Origin: the human T2T-CHM13v2.0 reference genome, Homo sapiens
DNA length: 64,000 bases
Assembly: GCF_009914755.1 (NCBI RefSeq)
Contig: NC_060929.1
Reading direction: 5' to 3' (one strand)
The notes beneath the pieces were generated by a model that was given only the letters and a program-made list of their open reading frames with translations, was not told the origin of the DNA and did no database searches. Position 1 is the stretch's first letter. Each line of letters opens with the position of its first letter. Below are positions 52,701 through 64,000 of the stretch, piece after piece. The position numbers were made by a program, and so were the translations under genes.

Positions 52701-55700
52701 GGAGCTCTTTTAGGATATCGTTCTAAACGGGATATCTTCACATACAAACTATACAGAAGCATTCTCAGAAACTGCTTTGTGTTGTGTGCATTCAACTCAA
52801 ATAGTGCAACCTTCCTTTTGAGAGAGCGGTTTTGAAACAGTCTTTTTGAAGTATCTACAAGTGGCTATTTGTACTGATTTGAGGCCTAAGATGGAAAACG
52901 AAATACATTCATATACAAACAAGACCGAAGCATTCTCAGAAACTGGTTTGTGATGTGTGCATTCAGCTCACAGACTTGAACCTTTCTTTTGATAGAGCAG
53001 TGTTGAAACACACATTTTGTAGGATCCACAAGTGTTCATTTGGAGTGCTTTGTTGCCTATGGTGGCAAAAGGAATATGTTCACATAAAAAGTAGACAGAA
53101 GCATTCTCAGAAACTCCTTTCTGATGTGTGTCTTCAATTCACAGAGATAAAAAAGTTCTTTTGATAGAGCAGTTTTGATACACTGCTTTTGTAGAATTTG
53201 TTTGTGGATATATGGAGCTCTTTGAGGAATTCGCTGTCAATGGGATATCTCCACATACAAACTAGACAGAAGCATTCTCAGAAACTGCTCTGTGATGTGT
53301 GCATTCAACTCAGAGAGTTGAACCTTCTTTTTGAGAGAGCAGTTTTGAAACAGTCTTTTTGTAGTATCTGCAAGTGAATATTAGGAGTGATTTGAGGCCT
53401 AAGATGGAAATGGAAATATAATCACGTACAAACTAGATAGAAGCATTCTCAGAAACTGCTTTGTGATGTGTGCATTCACCTCAAAGAGTGTTATCGTTCT
53501 TTTGATAGAGCAGCTTTGAAACCGTCTTTTTGTAGGATCTGCAAATATTCATTTGGAGTGCTTTGAAGCCTACGGTGGAAAAGGAAATATCTTCACATAA
53601 AAACTAGACAGAAGCATTCTCAGGAACTGCTTTTTGATGTGTGCATTCAACTAACAGCGTTGAATCTGTGTCTTGATAGGGCAGTATTGAAAAACTCCTT
53701 TTGTAGAATCCACTGGTGGATTTTACGGACTCTTTGAGGTATTCATTGGAAACAGTTATCTTAACATAAAAATTAGACCCAAGCATCCTCAGACTGTTCT
53801 TTGTGATGTGTGCATTCAACTCACAGACTTGAGCCTTTCTTTTGATAGAGCAGTGTTGAAACACACTTTTTGTAGAATCTGCAAGTGTTCATTTGGAGCG
53901 CTTTGTCGCCTATGGTGGAAAAAGAAATATCTTCACATAAAAACTAGACTGAAGTATTCTCAGAAACTCCTTTGGGATGTGTGTGTTCAATTCACAGAGT
54001 TGAACCTTTCTTTTGATAGAGCAGTTTTGAAACACTTCTTTTGCAGAATCGGCTTGTGCATATTTGGAGCTATTTGAGGAAATCGTTGTAAACAGGATAT
54101 CTTCACATACAAACTAGACAGAAGCATTCTCGGAAACTGCTTTGTGATGTGTGCATTCAACTCACAGACGTGAACCTTCCTTTTGCGAGAGCAGTTTTGA
54201 AACAGTCTTTTGTAGTATCTGCAAGTGGATATTTGAAGCAATTTGAGGCCTATGATGGAAAACGAAATATCTTCACATACTAACTAGACAGAAGCATTCT
54301 CAGAAACTGCTTTGTGATGTGTGCATTCCACTCAAGGAGTTGAACCTTCCTTTTGAGAGAGCAGTTTTGAAACAGTCTTTTTGGAGTATCTGCCAGTGGA
54401 TATTTGGAGCGATTTGAGGCCTGTGAAGGAAAAGGAAATATCTTCACATAAAAACTAGACAGAAGAATTCTCAGAAACTGCTTTGTGATGTTTGCATTCA
54501 ACTCACAGAGTTGAACCTTCCTTTTGAGAGAGGTTTTGAAACAATCTTTCTGTGGTATCTACAAGTGGATATTTGTAATGATTTGAGGCCTAAGAGGGAT
54601 AAAGGAAATACCTTCACATACAAACTAGAAAGAAGCATACTCAGAAACTGCTTTGTGATGTGTGCATTCACCTAATAGAGTGGAAGCTTTCTTTTGGTAG
54701 AGCAGTTTTGAAACAGTCTTTTTGTAGGACCTGCAAGTGTGCATTTGGAGCGCTTTGAAGCCTATGGTGCATAAGGAAATATCTTCACATACAAACTAGA
54801 CAGAAGCATTCTCAGGAACTTCATTGAGTTGTGTCCATTCTACTGTCAGAGTTGAATCTGTCTTTTGATAGAGCAGTATTGAAAAACTCCTTTTGTAGAA
54901 TCTGCTAGTGGATATTTGGAACTCTTCGAGGAATTCGTTAGAAACGGGTATCCTCACATAAAAAGAAGACCCAAGCATTCCCACAAAGTTCTTTGTGATG
55001 TGTGCATTCAACTCACAGACTTCAACCTTTCTTTTGATAGAGCAATGTTGGAACATGCTTTTTGTAGAATCTGCAAGTGTTCATTTTGAGCGCTGTGTTG
55101 CCTATGGTGGAAAAAGGATTATCTTCTCTTAAAAACTAGACAGAAGCATTCTCAGAAACTACTTTGTAAAGTGTGTGTCCAATTCACAGAGTTGAAATTT
55201 TCTTTTGATAGGGTAGTTTTGAAACACTGCTTTCGAAGAATCTGCAAGTGTTCATTTGGAGCGCTGTGTTGCCTATGGTGGTAAAAGAAATATCCTCACA
55301 TCAAAACTAGACAGAAGCATTCTCAGAAACTGCTTTGTGATGTGTGCATTCAACTCACAGAGTTGAACCTTCCTTTTCAGAGAGAGCAGTTTTGAAACAG
55401 TCTTTTTGTAGTATCTGCAAGCGGATATTTGGAGCGATTTGAGGCCTATGATGGAAAAGGAAATATCTTCACATAAAAACTAGACAGAAGCATTCCCAGA
55501 AACTGCTTTCTGATGTGTGCACTCACGTCACAGAGTGGAACCGTTTTTTTGTTAGACCAGTTTTGAAACAGTCTTTTTGTAAGATCTGCATGTGTTCATT
55601 TGGAGCTCTTTGAAGCCTAAGGTGGAAAAGTAAATATATTCATGTAAAACCTAGACCAAAGCACTCTCAGGAACTTCATTAAGATGTATGCATTCAAATA

Positions 55701-58700
55701 ACAGTTGAATCTGTCTTTTGATAGAGCAGTATTAAAACACTCCTTTTGTAGAATCTGCTTGGGGATATTTGGAACTCTTTGAGGAATTCGTTGGAAACGG
55801 ATATCTTCACAAAAAAGAAGACCCAAGAATTCTCAGGAAGTTCTTTGTCATGTGTGCCTTCAACTCACAGACTTGAACCTTTCTTTTCATAGAGCAGTGT
55901 TGAAACATGCTTTCTGTAGGATCCGCAGGTGTTCATTTGGAGCGCTTTGTTGCCTATGGTGGAAAAATAAATATCTTCACATAAAAACTAGACAGAAGCA
56001 TTCTCAGAGACACCTTTGTGATGTGTGTTTTCCATTCACAGAGTTGAACCTTTCTTTTGATAGAGCATTTTTGATCCACTGATTTGTAGGATCTGCTTCT
56101 GGATATTTGAAGGTCTTGGGGTATTCTTTGTAAACAGTATGTCTTCACATACAAACCAGACAGGAGCATTCAACTGCTTGGTGATGTGTGCGTTCAACTC
56201 ACGGACTTGAACATTTCTTTTGATAGAGCAGTTTTGAAACACTGGTTTTGTAGAATCTCCATTGGTTATTTGGAGCTCTTTGAGGATTTCATTGTAAACG
56301 GGATATCTTCACATACAAACTAGACAGAAGCATTGTCAGAAACTGCTTTGTGTTGTGTGCATTCAACTCACAGAGTTGAACCTTCCTTTTGAGAGGGCAG
56401 TTTTCAAACAGTCTTTTTGTAGTATCTGCAAGTGGATAAATGGAGTGATTTGAGGCCTAAAATGGAAAAAGAAATATCATCTTCACATACAAACTAGACA
56501 GAAGCATTCTCAGAAACTGCTTTGTGATGTGTGCATTCAACTCAAAGTCTTGCCCTTTCTTTTGATAGAGCAGTTTTGAAACAGTCTTTTTGTGGAATCT
56601 CCAAGTGTTCATTTGGAGCACTTTGTTGACTATTCTGGAAAAAGAAATATCTTCACATAACAACTAGACAGAAGCATTCTCAGAAACTCCTTTGTGATGT
56701 GTGTGTTCAATTCACAGACTTGAACCTTTCTTTTGATAGAGCAGTTTTGAAACAGTCTTTTTGTAGTATCGGCATGTGGATATTTGGAGCGATTTGGGGC
56801 CTATGATGGAAAAGGAAATATCTTCACATAAAAACTAGACAGAAGCATTCTCAGAAACTGCTTTCTGATGTGTGCATTCAACTCACAGTGTTGAACCTTC
56901 CTTTTGTGAGAGCAGTTTTGAAACAGTCTTTTTGTATTATTTGCAAGTGGATATCTAGATCGATTAGAGGCCTATGATGGGAAAGGAACTATCTTCACAC
57001 AAAAACTAGACAGAAGCATTCTCAGAAACTGCTTTCTGATGTGTGCATTCACCTCACAGAGTGGTACCGTTTTTTTCATAGAGCAGTTTTGAAACAGTCT
57101 TTTTGTTGGATCTGTAGTTTTCATTTGGAGCGCTTTGAAGCCTATGGTGGAAAAGGAAATATCTTCACCTATATACTGGACAAAAGCATTCTCAGGAACT
57201 TCATTGAGATATGTGCAGTCAACTAACAATTTGATCTGTCTTTTGATAGCGCATTACTGAAACACTCGTTTTGTAGAATCTGCTAGTGGATATTTGCAAT
57301 TCTTTGAGGAATTCGTTAGAAACGGGTATCTTCCTGTAAAAAGCAGACCCAAGAATTCTCAGAAAGTTCTTTGTGATGTGTGCATTCAACTCAGAGAGTT
57401 GAAACTTCCTTTTGAGAGAGCAGTTTTGAAACAGTCTTTTTGTAGTATCGGCAAGTGGATATTTAGAGCGATTTCAGGCCTCTGATGGAAAAGGAAATAT
57501 CTTCACATAAAAACTAGACAGAAGCATTCTGAGAAACTGCTTTGTAATCTGTGCATTCACCTCACAGAGTGGAAACTTTTTTTGATAGAAAAGTTTTGAA
57601 AAAGTCTTTTTGTATGATCTGCAAGTCTTCATTTGGAAGGCTTTCAGGTCTATGTTGGAAAAGGAAATATCTTCACATAAAAACTAGACAGAAGCATTCT
57701 CAGGAAGTTCATTGAGATGTGTGCATTCAACTAACAGAGTTGAATCTGTCTTTTGATTGAGCAGTATTGAAACACTGCTTTTGTAGAGTCCGCTTGTGAA
57801 TATTTGGAACTCTTTGAAGAATTCGTTGGAAATGGTTATCTTCACATAAAAAGTAGATCCAAGCATTGTCAGAAATTTGTTTGTGATGTGTGCATTCAAC
57901 ACACAGACTGGAAATTTGTTTTGATACACCAGTGTTGAATCACACTTTTTGAAGTATCTGCAGGTGTTGATATGGAGCGCTTTTTTTCCTTTGGTAGAAA
58001 AAGAAATATTTTGACATAAAAACTAGACAGAAGCATTATCAGAAACTCCTTTGTGATGTGTGCATTCACCTCACAGAGTGGAAACGTCCTTTTGAGAGAG
58101 CAGTTTTGAAACAGTCTTTTTGTAGGATCTGAAAGTGTTCATTTGGAGCGCTTGGAAGAATATGGTGGAAAAGGAAATATCTTCACATAAACACTAGACA
58201 GAAGCATTCTCAGGAACTTCATCAAAATATCTGCATACAACTAACAGAGTTGAATCTGTCTTTTGATAGAGCAATACTGGAACACTCCTTTTGTAGAATC
58301 TGCTTGAGGATATTTGGAACTCATTGAGGAATTCATTAGAAACTGGTATCTTCACATAAAAAGGCGACCCAACAATTCTGAGAATGCTCTTTGTGATGTG
58401 TGCATTCAACTCACAGACTTGAACATTTCTTTTGACAGAGCAGTGTTGAAACGCACTTTTTGTAGAATCTGCAAGTGTTCATTTGGAGCGCTTTTTTGCC
58501 TATGTTGGAAAAAGAAATATCTTGACATAAAAACTAGACAGAAGCAGTCTCAGAAACTGTTTTGTGATGTGTGTGTTCAATTTACAGAGTTGAACCTTTC
58601 TTTTGATAGAGCAGTTTTGAAAGACTGCTTTTGTAGGATCTGCTTGTGGATATTTGGAGCTCTTTGAGGAATTCGTTGTAAACGGGATATCTTCACATAC

Positions 58701-58762
58701 AAACTAGACAGAAGCATTCTCAGAAACTCCTCTGGGATGTGTCCATTCAAATCACAGAGTTG
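49750..58762 (+). repeat. Diverged SF5-like (R1/R2) alpha satellite without a homogeneous HOR
   Basis: About 53 monomers, each unique, with irregular A/B alternation. CENP-B-box cores intact at 51350, 54933, 57311 and 58671. Confidence 0.9.
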
Positions 58763-58772
58763 AACTCTGTGA
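58752..58772. other. Palindromic inversion breakpoint
   Basis: TCACAGAGTT-G-AACTCTGTGA; satellite orientation flips at 58762. Confidence 0.93.
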
Positions 58773-61700
58773 ATTGAACATGCACATCCCAAAGGAGTTT
58801 CTGAGAATGCTTCTGTCTAATTTTATGTGAAGATATTTCTTTTTCCACCATAGGCAACAAAGCTCTCAAAATGAACACTTGCAGATTCTACAAAAAGACT
58901 GTTTCAAAACTTCTCTATCAAAAGAACGGCTCCACTCTGTGAGGTGAATGCGCACATCACAAAGCAGTTTCTGAGAATGCTTCTGTCTAGTTTTTATGTG
59001 AAGATATTTCCTTTTCCATCATAGGTCTCAAGTCGCTCCAAATATCCACTTGTAGATACTACAAAGACTGTTTCAAAACTGCTCTCTCAAAAGGACGGTT
59101 CAACTGTGTGAGTTGAATGCACACATCACAAAGCAGTTTCAGAGAATGCTTCTGTCTAGTTTGTATGTGAAGATATTTCCTTTTCCATCAGAGGCGTCAA
59201 ATCGCTGCAAATATCCACTTGCAGATACTGCAAAAAGACTGTTTCAAAACTCCTCTCTGAAAAGGAAGGATCAACTCTGTGAGGTGAATGCACACATCAC
59301 AAAGCAGTTTCTGAGAATGCTTCTGTCTAGTTTTTATGTGAAGATATTTCCTTTTCCATCAGAGGTCTCTGATCGCTCCAAATATCCACTTGCAGATAGT
59401 ACAAAAAGACGGTTTCAAAACTGCTCTCTCAAAAGGAAGGTTGAATACTGTGAGTTGAATGCACTCATCACAAAGCAGTTTCTGAGAATTCTTCTGTCTA
59501 GTTTGTAAGTGACCATATCCCGTTTACAACGAATTCCACAAAGAGCTCCAAATATCCACATGCAGATTCTACAAAAGCAGTGTTTCAAAACTACTCTATG
59601 AAAAGAAATGTTCAGCTCTGTGAATTGAACACACAAATCACAAAGGAGTTTCTGAGAATGCTTCTCTCTAGTTTTTATGTGAAGATATTTCTTTTTCCAC
59701 CATAGTCAACAAAGCGCTCCAAGTGAACACTTGCAGATTCTACAAAAAGTGTGTCTCATCACTGCTCTATCAAAGAATGTTTCAAGTCTAGCAATTGAAT
59801 GCACACATCACAAAGAACGTTCTGAGAATGCTTGGGTCTACTTTTTATGTGAAGATACCCTTTTCCAACCAATTCCTCAAAGAGTTCCAAATATCCACAC
59901 GCTAAGTCTACAAAAGCCGTGTTTCAATACTGCTCTTTGAAAAGACAGATTCAACTCTGTTAGTTGAATGCACGCATCTCAAAGAATTTCCTGAGAATGC
60001 TTCTGTCTAGTTTTTATGTGACGATATTTCCTTTTCTACCATAGGCTTCAAAGGGCTCCAAATGAACACTTGCAGATCCTACAAACAGACTGTTTCAAAA
60101 TTGCCCTATCAAAAGAATGGTTCCACTCGGTGAGGTGAATGCACCCGTCACAAAGCAGTTTCTGAGAATGCTTCTGTCTAGTTTTTATGTGAAGATATTC
60201 CTTTTTCCACCATAGGCAACAAAGCGCTCCAAATGAACAATAGCATATCCTACAAAAAGACTGTTTCAAAACTTCTCTATCAAAAGAACGGTTCCACTCT
60301 GTGAGGTGAATTCACACATCACAAAGCAGTTTCTGAGAATGCTTCTCTCTAGTTTGTTTGTGAAGATATTTCCTTTTCCATATTAGGCCTCAAATCGCTC
60401 CAAATATCCACTTGCAGATACTACAAAAATACTGATTCAAAACTGCTCCTTAAAAAGGACGGTTCAACTCTATGAGTTGAATGCACACATCACAAAGCAG
60501 TTTCTGAGAATGCTTGTCTAGTATGTATGTGAAGATAGTTCCTTTTCCATCATAGGCCTCAAATCGCTCCAAATATCCACTTGCAGATACTACAAAAAGA
60601 CTGTTTCAAAACTGCTCTCTCAAAAGGAAGGATCAAATCTGTGAGTTCAATGCACATATCACAAAGCAGTTTCTGAGAATGCTTCTGTCTAGTTTTGACA
60701 TGAAGATATTTCCTTTTCCATCATAGGCCTCAAATCTCTCCAAATATCCACTTGCAGATACTACAAAAAGACTGTTTCAAAACTGCTCTCTCAAAAGGAA
60801 GGTTCAATACTGTGAGTTGAATGCACTCATCACAAGGCAGTTTCTGAGAATTCTTCTGTCTAGTTTGTAAGTGACTATATCCCGTTTACCACGAATTCCT
60901 CAAAGAGCTGCAAATATCCACAAGCAGATTCTACAAAAGAAGTGTTAAACTGCTCTATCAAAAGAAAGGTTCAGCTCTGTGAATTGAACGCACACATCAC
61001 CAAGGAGTTTCTGAGAATGCTTCTGTCTAGTTTTTATGTGAAGATATTTCTTTTTCCACCATAGGAAACAAAGCACTCCAAGTGAACACTTATAGATTCT
61101 ACAAAAAGTTTGTTTCAACACTGCTCTATCAAGGAAAGTTTCAAGTCTGTGAGTTGAATGCACACATTACAAAGAACTCTCTGAGAATGCTTGGGTCTAC
61201 TTTTATGTGAAGATACCCTTTGCCAACCAATTCCTCAAAGAGTTCCAAATATCCACACGCATATCCTACAAAAGCTGTGTTTCAATACTGTTGTTTCAAA
61301 AGACAGATTCAACTCTGTTACTTAAATGCACGCTTCTCAGTGAAGTTCCTGAGAATGCTTCTGTCCAGTTTTTATGTGAAGATACTTGCCTTTCCACCAT
61401 AGGCAAAAAATGGCTCCAAATGAACAGTTGCAGATCTCACAAAAAGACAGTTTCAAATCTGCTCTATCAAAAGGATGTTTCCACTCTGTGAGGTGAATGC
61501 CCACATCACAACGCAGTTTCTGAGAATGCTTCTGTCTAGTTTTTATGTGAAGATATTTCCTTTTCCATCATAAGCCTCAAATTGCTCCAAATATCCACTT
61601 GCAGATACTGCAAAAAGACTGTTTCAAAACTGCTCCCTCCAAAGGAAGGTTCAACCCTCTGAGTTGAATGTACACATCACAAAGCAATTGCTGAGAATGC

Positions 61701-61865
61701 TTCTGTCTAGTTTGTATGTGAAGATACCCCGTTTACAACGAATACATCAAGGAGCTCCAAATATCCACAAGCAGATTCTATAAAAGAAGAGTTTATAAAC
61801 TGCTCTGTTAAAACAAAGGTTCAAATCTTTGAATTGAACACACACATCACAAAGGAGTTTCTGAG
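58763..61865 (-). repeat. Inverted diverged SF5-like alpha satellite
   Basis: Reverse-complement monomers (gtttctgagaatgcttctgtctagt) of the same monomer classes as 49750-58762. CENP-B-box cores at 59518, 60880 and 61727. Confidence 0.9.
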
Positions 61866-64000
61866 AATTTCTCTGTCTAGATTTATGGGAAGATAACGAC
61901 GTTTTCACCGCAGTCCTCAAAGCGCTCCAAGTTTCCACTTACAGATTCTACAAAAATCTGTAGTGTTTCTAAACTGCTCTAAGAAAAGGAGTGTTCAACT
62001 CAGTGAGTTGAATGCAAGTATCACAAAGAAGTTTCTGAGATTTCTTCTGTGTAGTTTTTATGTGAAGATATTCCCGTTTCCAAAAATCCTCAAAGCTATC
62101 AAGTATCCCCTTGCAGATTCTACAAAAAGAGTGTTTCAAAACTGCTGTATCAAAAGAAAGGTTCAACTCTGTGAGTTGAGTACACACATCACAAAGTAGT
62201 TTCTGAGAATGCTTCTGTCTAGTTTTTATGTGAAGTTATTTCCTTTTTCACCATAGGATTCAAAGTGATCCAAATGTCCACTTCCACATACTACAAAAAG
62301 AGTTTTTCAAAACTGCTCTTTGAAAGGGAATGTTTAACTCTGAGAGTTGTAGGCAAACATCACAAAGTAGTTTCTGAGAATGCTTCTGTCTAGTTTTTAT
62401 GTGAAGATATTCGCGTTTCCAACGAAATACTCATCGCTGTCCTAATATCCACTTGTAAATTCTACAAGAATAGTGTTTCAAAACTGCTGTATCAAAGGAA
62501 AGATTTAACTCTGTGAGATGAGTACGCACATCACAAAGTAGTTTCTGAGAATGCTCCTGTCCAATTTTTATGTGAAGATATTTCGTTTATCGCCATACAT
62601 ATCAAATCGATACAAATGTCCACTTGCAGATTCTACAAAAAGAGTGTTTAAAAACTGCTCTGTGAAAAGCAATGTTCGAATCTGTGACTTGTGTGAAACA
62701 TCACAAAGAAGTTTCTGAGAATGCTTCTGTCTAGTTTTTAGGTGAAGATATTCCCGTTTCCAATGAAAGCCTCAAATCTATCAAAATATCCACTTGCAGA
62801 TTCTACAAAAAGAGTGTTTCAAAACTCCTGTATCAAAAGAAAAGTTCAATTTGGTGAGTTGAGTACACACATCACAGAGTAGTTTCTGAGAATGCTTTTG
62901 TCTAGTTTTTATGTGAAGATATTTCCTTTTTCAGCATAGGATTCATGGCCCTCAAAATGTCCACTTGCAGATATTACAAAAAGAGTTTTTCAAAACTCTT
63001 CCATGAAAGGGAATGTTCAACACTGTGAGATGAATGAAAACATCTCAAAGAAGTTTCTGAGAATGCTTCTGTCTATTTTATATGTGAAGACATTCCTGTT
63101 TCCAACGAAATCCTCCCAGCTATCCAAATATCCACTTGCAGACTCTACAGAAAGAGTGTTTCAAAACTCCTCTATAAAAAGAAATGTTCAACTCTGTGAG
63201 TTGAGTATACACATCAAAAAGTAGTTTCTGGGAATTCTTCTGTCTAGTTTTTATGGGAAGCTATTTCCTTTTTCACCATAGGCCTCAAAGCGCTCTAGTA
63301 TTCCACTTACAGATTCTACAAAAAGAGTGTTTCGAATCTGCTCTGTGAAAGGGAATGTTCCGCTCCATGAGTTGAACGCAAACATCACAAAGTAGTTTCT
63401 GAGAATGCTTCTCTCTAGTTTTTATGAGCAGATATTCCCGTTTCAAATGAAAGCGTCAAAGCTATCCAAATATCCACTTGCCGATTCTACAAAAAGAGTG
63501 TTTCAAATCTGCTCTATCGACAGAAAGTTTCAACACTGTGAGTTGAGTACACACATCACAAAGAATTTTCTGAGAATGCTTCCTCTGGTTTTTATGTGAA
63601 GATATTTCCTTTTTCACCACAGCCATCAAATCTCTCCAAATGTCCACTCCCAGATACAACAAAAAGAGTGTTTCAAAACTGCTTTATGAAAGAGAATGTT
63701 CAACTCTATGAGTTGAATGCAAACATCACAACTAAGTTTCTGAGATTGCCTCTGTCTAGTTTTAATGTGAAGATATTCCCGTTTCCAACGAAAGCGTCAC
63801 AGCTATCCAAATATCCACTTGCAGAGTCTAAAAAAAGAGGGTTTCAAAGCTGCTCTACCAAAAGAAGAGTTCAACTCTGTGAGTCGAGTTCACACATCAC
63901 AAAGAAGTTTCTGAGAATTCTTCTGTCTAGTTTTTATGGAAAGATATTTCCTTTTTCACCATAGGCCTCAAAGCACTCCAAGTTTCCACTTACAGATTCT
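61866..64000 (-). repeat. Diverged dimeric (A/B alternating) alpha satellite, SF1/archaic-SF1-like
   Basis: Strict alternation of B-box-like (ttcccgtttccaa..aaa at ~62071, 62411, 62751, 63093, 63435, 63777) and A-box (ttcctttttcaccatagg) monomers. Motifs gaaagggaatgttcaa, gttgagtacacac and aatgtccact resemble J1/J2 consensus as remembered. Confidence 0.75.
63777..63793 (-). promoter_or_regulatory. Canonical CENP-B box
   Basis: TCCCGTTTCCAACGAAA = reverse complement of TTTCGTTGGAAACGGGA. Confidence 0.93.

Noticed and set aside
55700-61865. Possibility that the inversion is a multi-kb inverted duplication (giant palindrome)
   Set aside because: Mirror-position monomers beyond ~57 bp are different classes, so symmetry is only generic satellite homology.
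50311-63964. ORFs in diverged and inverted satellite
   Set aside because: Same spurious satellite translations; their strand swap after 58762 simply mirrors the inversion.

Overview
This is primate (almost certainly human) pericentromeric DNA, not a gene-bearing or microbial locus. From left to right: (1) 1-43035, an alpha-satellite higher-order repeat (HOR) array of ~171-bp monomers with a canonical 15-mer of 2557-2558 bp. I label its monomers a-o; in the copy starting at 2396, a=2396, b=2564, c=2734 ... o=4783. It is SF5 (R1/R2)-like, has at most about one CENP-B box per HOR, is homogeneous up to ~22.5 kb and structurally scrambled afterwards. (2) Four diverged monomers. (3) A full-length, ~6.02-kb, minus-strand, mutated L1PA2/L1PA3-like LINE-1 (43726-49749) with a 14-bp target-site duplication. 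(4) Diverged SF5-like alpha satellite to 58762. (5) A strand inversion whose breakpoint is a palindrome centred on 58762. (6) Inverted SF5-like monomers to ~61865, then a diverged A/B dimeric SF1-like alpha satellite to the end. Apart from LINE-1 remnants, the ORF track is spurious translation of satellite. I see no evidence of a new protein-coding or RNA-guided system. The interesting signals are structural and evolutionary: the array edge re-copied into the array, nested super-repeats, a length-neutral monomer swap, a fossil ordered repeat in the 'monomeric' flank, and the fold-back inversion junction. Family, subfamily and chromosome assignments rest on remembered consensus sequences and need confirming by database search.
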